The position numbers and the translations under genes were made by a program. Below are positions 52,994 to 64,000 of a DNA stretch of 64,000 nucleotides, piece after piece; positions within the stretch are counted from its first letter, which is position 1; the number at the start of each line of letters is the position of its first letter. Below the pieces are notes generated by a model. That model was not told where the DNA came from. It did not search any database and saw nothing but the letters and a program-made list of their open reading frames with translations. Origin of the DNA: Octopus vulgaris (Eukaryota). The DNA lies in assembly GCA_951406725.2 (NCBI GenBank), contig OX597815.1, forward strand, positions 104,408,001-104,472,000. Direction: 5' to 3'.

Positions 52994-53845
52994 AGCTAGC
53001 CATATAGTTAGGTAGATAATATATTATATTGTTCAGTCACTTGAGTGGAACATTCTGTACCTTTTGAGATTTGAAGGATCCTAGAATGTGAATCTTGAAT
53101 AGTAACCAAAACTGTTTTTAAATACATCCCAGCTGCCTATTGAGTACTATCTTCCTCTTTCATATACAGATTGTAAGAGTCTGATATATATCATATATAT
53201 ATATATATATATATATATAAAGAGAGAGATAGATACATTGATACACAAACATACATATCTATACATATATTTACAAACATTTGTTCCCATGCCAGAATGG
53301 ATAAAATATTATTCTTTTGAAAAAGGATAGCTGCATAAATATGAGCAATTTTTTTTCTATTTGAAATATATTTTTTATATTCTTAGCTTAAACAATTAAT
53401 GAGTATTGAGGTTTGTCAATAAGCTAACAACTATTGTTGTTGAGGCAGAGTTAAATGTCTTGACAATGGGTGGAATGGATGTAGCAAGCTTTAAATGATG
53501 GTCAGCAATGCAAGTATGTAATTTAAAACTAACAACAGGAAATAAATGTAAAAGAATGCAATATGAACAAAAAATAAAAGAAAAAATTGAAACAAGTTCC
53601 AATAATTATTGCATCCAGCAAGACACTTCCATATCTCCAACTTATTTTGAAAGTGAAAAAGTAAGTCACAGAAGGTTTGAGTTGACAGCAAAGATTTCCA
53701 ATGAGATTTCACCATTTCACAATATCACAGTGAAATTGTATGATTATATTGTTAGCTGATGGTGGTATACACTTCAACACTAAATGTTAGTAGTCAACAA
53801 TATTTGCCCTCATCAACCGTAAGCTTATATATATATATTTATATA

Positions 53846-54068
53846 TGAGGGGCTACTGAAAAGTTCCTGGTTTTAAGGGTATTATGAAAGAACTGGCTGG
53901 AGGTCCAACCTTCCAAGTTCTTTTACAGAGTTTAGAAAAACTGAAGGAATGCTGTATCTCCAATAAGTGTGTGAATCTTAGTCAGGAATATGTTTGATAA
54001 AATCATAATTAACTGATGCTTCTTTATTTTCTTTTAAGCAAAACCAGGAACTTTTCAGCGTCCTCTTG
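53846..54068 (+). mobile_element. Mariner-derived MITE, copy 2
   Basis: tgagggg..ctgaaaagttcctggtttt ... aaaaccaggaacttttcagcgtcctc with TA flanks and the same interior as 30081-30297. Confidence 0.85.
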
Positions 54069-54093
54069 TATACACACACACACACACGTATAT

Positions 54094-54294
<201 letters not shown>

Positions 54295-55692
54295 TATATA
54301 TATACATACACACACACACACACATATATATAGCATACACGCACACACACACATATATGTATATATACATAATGCAGATGAAATTTAAAAATAAAAAGTA
54401 TTTATACATAAAATATTAGCCAAAATATCAAACATAAAAAATATGCTAATTCTACAATTCTTAAATAATATCTAAAATAGATATAAATGTATTATTTTTG
54501 TTGTTGTTATTATTATTATTACTATTACTGATATTTTATTATTTTTGTTTATCTAATTATTCTTACTTTTTTTCTCCGAGTGTTTCCGTTGTTCTTGTCC
54601 TGACAAATGTTTGCAAGCTGTCAATAATAACAATCAAAACATCTATACCTAGCTACACCAATAACACTTTAAAAAATATAAGGATGTACAATATATATAT
54701 ATATATATATATGCACATAATATATATGTATATATTGATTTATTTAGTGAATAAATATAGGAAATATATGTATCAAATTACATTTATATGTTAAACAAGT
54801 TAGCATAGACTAGAATGAATAAAACTTTAACCTTGCTTTTACTTTCCTTGATGCATTTTTAAACTCAACAATTCCTCTCACATTGAGAGGTAGACACACA
54901 CAGAATCATACACACATTCACAAATGCATGTTCACCCCTGTTCATACAGGTGACCTGATCATATCTGCATATATTAGTATATTAACATATAAGATATACA
55001 TTCATATGTACATATATACATAGAGGAATATGTAAAGACATACATTCACACACACGTGTATGAATATGAAAATTAGTACATATTCAATTGAAAATTAATT
55101 GAACAAAATTATCTTGAGTTATTAAGTTGTATATAAATATGACAGAATTGTAGACACTCAATTTTATAAAAAATATTTATAAAAGTTACAATACATAGCA
55201 AAATATATATTTATCGTCACATATCAGACAAATCAAAAGGCATTCTCTTCACTTTCAATCTTTTTCTTTCTTAATATACACTCTCTTTTTATATATTTTA
55301 TTCTCTCAATCTTCCTTTCTCTGTATGTACATATGTATGGTGTATGTATATATGTAGGTGTGTTTGTGTGTGTAGATAAGTACATATGTGTGATATGTAC
55401 ACAAGTATGTGTGTATGAAGGTGTCCTTTGAGATTTATTTGAATCATAGTTACTAACAGACTCATAAAGCTTCTTTGAATCAAAATAATTCCATGAATGT
55501 TGGTATAAGTTCAAAACATTTTCTATCTACACAATTTTATTCACAAGGTTTGAGTTCATCAGTTTTAGCATCAGGGACCTCATGATTGAAAAGCAAACCT
55601 TTCACCTATTTAGACATGTCTGAATTTTTCCTTTATGGCATTGTATTGTGTGCAACTGTTTATATTAATTTTATATATATATATATTTATGC

Positions 55693-55736
<44 letters not shown>

Positions 55737-55791
55737 ATATATATAGATATACACATATATACATATATAAATATATACATATATATATATG

Positions 55792-55883
<92 letters not shown>

Positions 55884-56086
55884 CATACATATACACATAT
55901 ATATTTATATTAGTGCAGGCATGCATATGTGCTTAAGAAGCTCACTTTGCAACCATGTAGTTTTGGGTTCAGTCACACTGCATTGGACCTTGGGCAATTA
56001 TTTTCTTCTATAGATCTCAACAGACCAATGCCCACAGAATGAATTTGGTGAATGGAATCTGTGGATACACAAGTCTGTCATTTATG

Positions 56087-56131
<45 letters not shown>

Positions 56132-56596
56132 ATTTACACACACATATATATACATATATATATACACACACATACTCACACATATATGTCTATGCATATG
56201 CATTTATGTTTGCATGCCTTCATGTTTGTCTTTCATCACCATTTGGCAACTGGTGTTAATTTATTTACATCACTGTAATCTTGGCAAAAGTGATTGAGAG
56301 AATAAGTTCTGGGGTTGATTTGTTCCACTAAACTCTAAAAGGGATTCCTAAATGTGACCAAGTACTGGGATTAATTCATTCGAGCAAAATTCTTCAAGGC
56401 ATGCCTGCAGTTATATATATATATATGATGAATTCTCTTGTTGTGAATGACAAATGAGAGTTCAGTAGAATAAAGCACTCATCATGTTCTATGAACATGA
56501 ATGTGTCTCTTGAGGCCTGCTGGTGCCTTGCAAATCTTTTTGCAAATGGAGCTATTGGAGGACTCAGTTTGTTTTAGTGCTTGTGGATTAATTTAC

Positions 56597-56647
<51 letters not shown>

Positions 56648-57040
56648 AACATATAAAAATATACATATATAAATTACTTGTAAGATTCATTACAATCTAG
56701 TCATATAATGTCCCATTTCATCATTGTCATCATTTAATGTCTGTTGTCCATGCTGGCATGGGTTGGACATTTTGACCAGAGCTGGCAAGCTGAGAGGCTG
56801 AACCAGAATCTAGTCTGATTTTGCATGGTTTCTATGGTTAGATGCCCTTCCTAATGTCAACCACTTTACAGAGTGTGCTGGATGCTTTTATTGCACGAGT
56901 GCTTTTACATGTTGCTGCACAGGAGCCTTTATGTGCCACTGCATGGGCCCTTTAGATGTAACACAGGCACTTTTACATGACACCACACGGGCACTTTTCT
57001 GTGGCACTATCATGAGTGTTTTACATACATACATACATAC

Positions 57041-59050
57041 ATCATCATCATCGTTTAACGTCTGCTTTCCATGCTGGCATGGGTTTGATGATTTGACTGA
57101 GGACTGGCGAACCAGATGGCTGCACCAGGCTCCAATCTTGATCTGGCAGAGTTTCTACAGCTGGATGCCCTTCCTAATGCCAACCACTCCGAGAGTGTAG
57201 TGGGTGCTTTTATGTGCTACTGGCACGGGGGCCAGTCAGGCGGTACTGGCAATGGCCATGCTCAAATGGTGTTTTTTACATGCCACCTGCACAGGAGCCA
57301 GTCCAGCGGCACTGGCAAAGACCACACTTGAATATTTTCTCACATGCCACTGACACAAGTGCCAGTAAGGTGACGCTGGTAACGATCACGCTTGAATGGT
57401 GCTTTTACGTGCCACCGGCATGGAAGCCAGTCAGCTGCTCTGGCAACGATCATGCTTGGATGGTGCTCTTAGCATTCCACTTGCATGGATGCCAGTCATC
57501 GAATTTGATTTCAATTTCGATTTCACTTGCCTCAACAGGTCTTCACAAGCAGGAAGAAGGAAAGGTACACATAAGTGGGCTGGTTATACCTCTGGCACAG
57601 GCCACAGGTTATGGTCTCACTTGGCTCGCCGGGTCTTCTCAAGCACAGCGTATTTCCAAAGGTCTCGGCCACTAGTCATTGCCTCGGCGAGGCCCAATGT
57701 TTGAAGGTTGTGTTTCACCACCTCATCCCAGGTCTTCCTGGGCCTACCTTTTCCACAGGTTCCCTCAACCGCTAGGGTGTGGCACTTTTTCACACAGTTG
57801 TCCTCATCCATTCTCACCACGTGACCATACCAGCACAGTCGTCTCTCTTGCACACCATATCTGATGCTTCTTAGGTTCAACTTTCTCTCAAGGCACTTAC
57901 ACTTGAGTATGCACTCTGACATAACACATCCAGCAGAGCATACTAGCTTCATTCATTGCAAGCTTACGCATGTCCTCAGCAGTCACGGCCCATGTTTCAC
58001 TGCCATATAGCATGGCTGTTCATACACATGCGTCATACAGTTTACCTTTTACTCTGAGCAAGAGGCCCTTTGTCACCAGCAGAGGTAAGAGCTGTCTGAA
58101 CTTTGCCCAGGCTATTCTTATTCTAGCAGCTACACTTTCAGAGCATCCACCCAAACCACTGACTTGGTAACAGAAGCTATCAACTACTTAGTTTTCCTCC
58201 CTGGAATGTGGCAGAAGTTGTTCTCTGCACATTTTCAGTTAGCCTTCCTTTGATATTACCCCACCTCTTATGTGTCCATAGCTTACACTGGGTACATCTT
58301 ATAGAGTTTCTACCTATGCTTTTCTATAGATTGAGCAGGGGTTTGTGGTTTGTCAGCCTTCCTACTTATTAGGACTTTGGTTTTAGCTAGATTAACTCTG
58401 AGGCCTTTCGATTTTAATCCTTGCTTCCACACCTGAAATTTCTCCTCTAGTTCTGATAGTGACTCTGCAATTAGAGCAAGGTCATCAGCATAGAGGAGCT
58501 CCCAGGGGCAACCTGTCTTGAATTCCTATGTTATTGCCTGGAGGACTATGATAAATAGGAGGGGGCTGGGGACTGATCCTTAGTGAACCCCTACCTCCAC
58601 CTGGAATTCTTCACTGTACTCATTGCCAACTCTCACCTTACTGACAGTGTCCCTCTCACTAACCATTCATCTATCCCTAGTTTCCTCATTCACCACCAGA
58701 TAAGGGATCAGGGGACCCTGTCAAAGGCTTTCTCCATGTCAACGAAAGCCAGGTGCCAAGGTTTATCTTTGGGTAGGTATTTCTCCTGCAGCTGTCTTAC
58801 CAGAAATATAGCATCAGTAGTGCTTTTCTCTGGCATGAATCCAAACTGCATCTCATCTAAATTGACTCTCTCCCTAATTAGTTGGGCTATGACCCTCTCC
58901 GTGAACTTCATTACTGATCCAACAACTTGATACCTCTGTAATCATTTGTATCTAAAGCTTCACCTTTACCTTTGTAGCAGTTGACTATTATGCTGCTACA
59001 ACATTTATTGGGTTTGACTCTTTTGTGTATCACCTGGTTAACTATACGGG
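57041..59050 (-). mobile_element. RTE-clade LINE, 5'-truncated and decayed (RT domain, C-terminus, 3' UTR and (GAT)n tail)
   Basis: Minus-strand pieces QFGFMPEKSTTDAIFLVRQLQEKY..LAFVDMEKAFDRVP, PWELLYADDLAL and RRLCWYGHVVRMDED..GRPRKTWDEVV. The 3' UTR has ~60-bp subrepeats and ends CCATGCCAGCATGGAAAGCAGACGTTAAAC(GAT)n. Confidence 0.92.
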
Positions 59051-59104
59051 TGACCACAGAAATTCCATCAGTGACTATACCAGAGAAATTGAGCAGAGAA
59101 TCTG

Positions 59105-59438
59105 CATCAACAAGATTTCAAGACATCAAAGAAATTTTAAGGGATTTCAAAAAATTTCAAGAGATTTCAAGAGCAGAAAATCTACAACAAGATTTCAAGA
59201 GCAGAAAATCTACAACAAGATTTCAAGAAGTCAAGGAAATCAAACAGAATGAGATGAGGCAGTTACTTGCTATCCCAAAAAAGGAGTTCCAGGAATGCTC
59301 CCATCAATGGAATTGTCATTAGATAAAGTTTATGGCATCAGAAGAGGACCACTTTGAAGGAGAGTAAATGCGAAATTGACATGTATTGTGGTTTACTTTT
59401 CACAGCATCGGTCCTGATACTTTTTGATCAGACCTTGT
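59105..59438 (+). mobile_element. Mariner 3' end fragment with internal 28-bp tandem duplication
   Basis: Translates RFQ...EIKQNEMRQLLAIPKKEFQECSHQW...EEDHFEGE*. The end is TIR-like (ctgatactttttgatcagaccttg-TA), and agatttcaagagcagaaaatctacaaca is duplicated. Confidence 0.65.
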
Positions 59439-60634
59439 AAATATTCCCCTCTCCTGACCACCTGACTTTCTAAGTAATCAGGAAATAGCTTGGACATGCT
59501 GTCTGGAGTTAGTTTGTTACTAGAGTATGATATTTATGTAATGAGTTTTTTTTTTCTTTTTGAACATTAATTCATACTATTTATATAACTTCTGTGATAA
59601 TTTATAAATAATTTCTGAGTTTTCAAACACAGATTTGTATCTAAGTTCATTTTCTATTGTGTATTATAATGTATTTTAATAGTTTATCTTTTTTATGGGT
59701 TAGGTCATCTAGTAAGACTGCTTGATACTTTATATCAAATGTAACAGTTAGAGTTATATGAGGTTAATCCCTGCAAGTTTGTAAATGAATTTATAAATTT
59801 AATGGATTTTCTGTTATCAATTTTCAAATTTCTAGTGGATAACTAATGAAGAGATTTTTAAATTTCAGATTCTCAGTATAATCTACAAAAAAACCCTCAA
59901 AAAAACATGCAAGCATGGTAGTTGTAAACTTGACAACTCTGTTACATTTGGTATAAAGTAACTAACATACTCACTTTCAACCTTACACCTGAGAAAAAAA
60001 GAAGCCATTAAAACAAAGTATAACACACAACACAAAAGTAATGATCAGTAATTAGTTGATAACATAACTATCTTATTTGTAGATCACTTCAAAGAATGGC
60101 CAAGAAATTTGTATAAGTAACTTTATATTATGCAAAATTCATCAAACATATATTACAAGAGTAACAAACTAAAGATAGATGGCATGGTAAAACTAAATTA
60201 GCAATATTATTTTTACAGTCTTTCACCTAGAATATAAAGCCAAATAGCCACAGCAACCTACAAACATTTTATCCAGATGATGAGATCTAAAGGGTATTGA
60301 AACACTGATGGATCCAGAAAATGTCACTGTTCCAAGCTGTTCCCATAAATAAATATCCTATTAGTTAATGTGTGTGTGTGTGTATAGGTTTGGTGATGCA
60401 AACAGGAAAAATAGAACTCAAAACATGAGTATGTGAACATACATTATATATATATGTATGTATTATGTATTTTCCATCATCATTCATCATTTAGCGTCCG
60501 CTTTCCATACTAGCATGGGTTGGACGGTTCAACTGGGGTCTGGGAAGCCAGAAGGCTGCACCAGGCCCAGTCTGATCTGGCAATGTTTCTACAGCTCGAT
60601 ACCCTTCCTAACGCCAACCACTCTGTGAGTGTAG

Positions 60635-60735
<101 letters not shown>

Positions 60736-61492
60736 TATAGATATAAAATCATCATCATTTAACATCTGTTATCCATGCTGGCATGGGTTGGATGGTTTGA
60801 CTGAAAACTGGTAAGCTGGGAAGCTGCTCCATGTTCCAATCTAATTTGGCTAGGTTTCTATGGCTGGATGCCCCTTCTAATGCCAACCACTCTGATAGTG
60901 TAGTGTGTTTTTTACATGTCACCGCCATGGGTGCCATTGACCTGACACCGGCATCAGTCACGACTACAGTTTCATTTGCTTTGACAGGTCAACACAAGTA
61001 TGATATATTGCCAAAGGTCTTGGTTACCTATCTTGCCTCCATGAAGCCCAATGCTTGAACGGTGCTTTTTACATGCCACCAGCATGGGTGCCAGTCAGAC
61101 AGCACTGGCATCGGCCACAACTGTGATTATATATAAATATATATGTATATATAGTAATTAACTATATTATTGCTCAAAATTTTTTCTTATAGCATAAATT
61201 TATATGTAGTTTGATCTAAGACAGCCAAAGTTAACAGATCTGACCATATGAGTTAAACCATGTATCTGTCACATAGTGAATGACTGTGTTAGTTATTAGA
61301 CCAAAGCATTTCCAAACTACATAAATTATCAATCAAATTTATAAGTTCTTTGCTAGATAAACTAACAGTGTTTATCTTTTCTTGTTGCATGTGAGTATTT
61401 TTATAGCTAATCAGCCAACAGCAAATAAACCACTCTGATACTGGCTAACACAGTCCAGTATCACACTAAAATTCTTCATGGTTATAACTGAA

Positions 61493-61544
<52 letters not shown>

Positions 61545-62929
61545 GCATGTGTGAGTGTGTGGTTAAAGGTGAGAAAGAGAGATTGCAAGATGATTAAGAA
61601 TGGAATTCATATAAGTTTAAGGCTGTGATTATTTGGAGAGAAGATAAAAATTAAAATGCTTGCATTTCACACATTTGTTGGTCATACTTGCCTGTCAATA
61701 ATAGTCAATGTTAATATTAGTTTACATCTATATTTCAGTATATAAGTTAAGTAATATATAATATGGAATAAACTGCTTATAATTGGAATAGAGTATATGT
61801 TAGTGGAATACACTTACCTATATTTTATATTTATGTACTTATAGAATTCATGGTTGCAGTTTTGTTTAGGGATAAGTATATTTCTATTTTGAACAATGTT
61901 GTACTAATGTCTAAGGATGAATATAATTATGGGGTTATTCAAGGGTGAATTCTATGAAATAAATCTTTGATATATTCAATATATGATTATATGCACTTTT
62001 TCATGTAAATATGCAATATATATGTTTTTCTGAATGAGGTTCTTTATTAGATATTTTATATCTGTCACATGGATTTTATTAACAATACAAAATAAAAATA
62101 AATAACAAAAATTGGAGACAGGACAACCACAATGAGAAAAAAATGTATAACAAAAATGTATCTAAATAATACTGCTAGAATTATTTCATTTTTTTTTTTT
62201 CATAAATATCAAAGCCTATTTTGCAATCATATTTTGAAATTAAGATCTTTAACATTATGGAATAAATTCGAAAGTTATGCTTTCAATAACCTGAACTATG
62301 TGACAAAACTGAAACCATAATCAAAATATTTAACATTCTGAAACAGTTTTGAGTATTATGCTTTAAACAATTTTCAGTATGGAAAGGAGTCAGAAATATA
62401 ATTGAAACTTTTAAAATAATAAAACAAATTCATGTGTTACACCTCAAACAATCTTAACTGTAGATTGAAATTGAAGGTATAATCGAAATTTCTAACAATT
62501 TCAAACTAGTTCAAGTTTTACACTTTCAACGAGCCTAACTAAAGAAATAAATAAAACACAGTTGAAATTATTAACATAATGAAACAATGTTATGAAGAAC
62601 TATAAATTTATGCATCCAAAACAGAAACAAGAACACTTTTAAAACGTAGAATTTTCATAGATCCTGCTAGTTATTATCTTTCTTAAACATGATTTGAGAA
62701 AACACAATAGTTTCTATTTTTGAAAAATAAATTAGGTACAACTTAGAAAACATAAAAATTTCTGGCTAGTGACTTCATCTGAGAGTGTTTGTTGACATTG
62801 AAGCAACTACATCATGAAAAGAGTATTTAATTAAACATAAACTGTTAAAATCACTTTAAATTTAAATTTATTTCATGAGGTGTCAAATTTTCAATCACAC
62901 AACTGTGACCTGGTCACTGACATCAGTTC

Positions 62930-63120
62930 AAAAGTTATGCCATAATATTTAAACATCTTAGTATTGATATTGTTTACAATGTGCCTCTCTCTATCTTTGT
63001 AAGTGATCTGTCAATATCATTACAGAAGTGGTTCTGCATCATTCCAGTTGTACTAATTACAAATGGAATCATAGATGTGTTTCTTAATTGCCATAATGTG
63101 TTTAATTCACTTAAGTTTGT
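62930..63120 (-). mobile_element. Possible R4-like RLE endonuclease C-terminal remnant
   Basis: ELNTLWQLRNTSMIPFVISTTGMM resembles the 'LW....IIP.VIS.TG' end of RLE domains. Confidence 0.4.
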
Positions 63121-63177
63121 GTTCATCTTCATCATCATCATCATCACCACCACCACCACCACCACCACCACCAGCTA

Positions 63178-64000
63178 TTGGATCATTCCAAAAATAATGC
63201 TGCTTTTTCAGTTGCATGAAGGGAGACAGGAGGAGAATAGGATAAACTACCTGCATCAACTTGCTATAAAAACAAGTTGTAATTTAACCTTGTGCTTATT
63301 CTTAATGAAAGTTTTGAAGTGTGCAGTTTGATTTTAACAGTTATATTTTCAAAGCTACAATGAAAGTGATAAAGGAGCATATTCAGTATATTTTGCATTA
63401 TGAGTTCAATAAAGGCAACAATGCAATGGAATGTGCAAAGAATATTAAGGCAGTATATGGGAATTGGACAATAAGCATAAGCCAGTATCAACAGTGGTTT
63501 CAGAAATTCCAAGTCGAAACTACAGCCTAGAAGATGAGCCTCATCCTGGAAGATCAGTAGAGCTTGATGAGGACATCCTGCAAATGCTGGTGGAACAAAA
63601 TCCCATCATAACTGTCAAGGAACTAGCAGAGAAATTTGGATTTGGTCATTCAACCATTCATCAGCACCTGTGTGCCATTAGAAAAGTCAGCAAATTGGGT
63701 CAATGAGTTCCTCACTTTCTGAGTCTAATCACACACAGGGAATGAATGTGTGCCTTCTTTGCTGTCATGTCTCACAAATGAGTTCTCTATAAAAGACAAT
63801 GGATAGGGTAAGGAGAAATGCTGGCACCCCAGACTAAAGAAGGTCTTCACCCACATAAGGTATTGTTATCTGTTTGGTGGGATATAAAAGGTTTAGTCCA
63901 CTTTGAATTTTTAAAACCCAAACCAAATGATAACAAAGGAGATCTACTGTGAATGGCTTGAGCAGCTTATATCAGCGCTAGAAGAAAAACAGCCATCTTT
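63178..64000 (+). mobile_element. Mariner transposon, 5' part, decayed (runs off the window)
   Basis: From ATG at 63360: MKVIKEHIQYILHYEFNKGNNA...QQWFQKF, then LEDEPHPGRSVELDED...TVKELAEKFGFGHSTIHQHL...KLGQ*VPH, then LHPHKVLLSVWWD. A TIR-like start follows TA at 63176-63177. Confidence 0.9.

Noticed and set aside
61811-61890. Perfect minus-strand donor AG|GTAAGTG as a candidate alternative HCN exon in the S4-S5 linker
   Set aside because: In the required phase 0 the putative exon would end in TAG and contain stops, the acceptor is weak, and there is no HCN-like translation.

Overview
AT-rich, microsatellite-dense animal genomic DNA. The repeat content looks like an octopus or other coleoid cephalopod; this is an inference from repeat style and was not verified. 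The one host gene I can support is the 3' part of a hyperpolarization-activated cyclic-nucleotide-gated channel (HCN/Ih) on the minus strand. Five coding exons (50514-50365, 36774-36556, 30544-30398, 27495-27252, 11965-10446) splice in frame with GT-AG ends to about 759 aa: S5, CIGYG pore, S6, C-linker, CNBD and a very long charged tail ending in ESPV. I found no S1-S4 exons, so they probably lie beyond position 64000. Introns and flanks hold decayed mobile elements: a TIR-bounded mariner, other mariner pieces and MITEs, a piggyBac-type MITE, RTE LINE pieces and many RTE 3' tails, R4/Dong-like fragments, a Penelope-like GIY-YIG fragment and at least three tRNA-derived SINE families. The most notable non-coding signal is a set of type I hammerhead-ribozyme motifs. 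These include an inverted pair with intact cores and a compensatory stem change (1203-1428), a ~312-bp tandem repeat with one hammerhead per unit (retrozyme-like, 7865-8530), and further degenerate copies. Most short ORFs in the supplied track are microsatellite artefacts.
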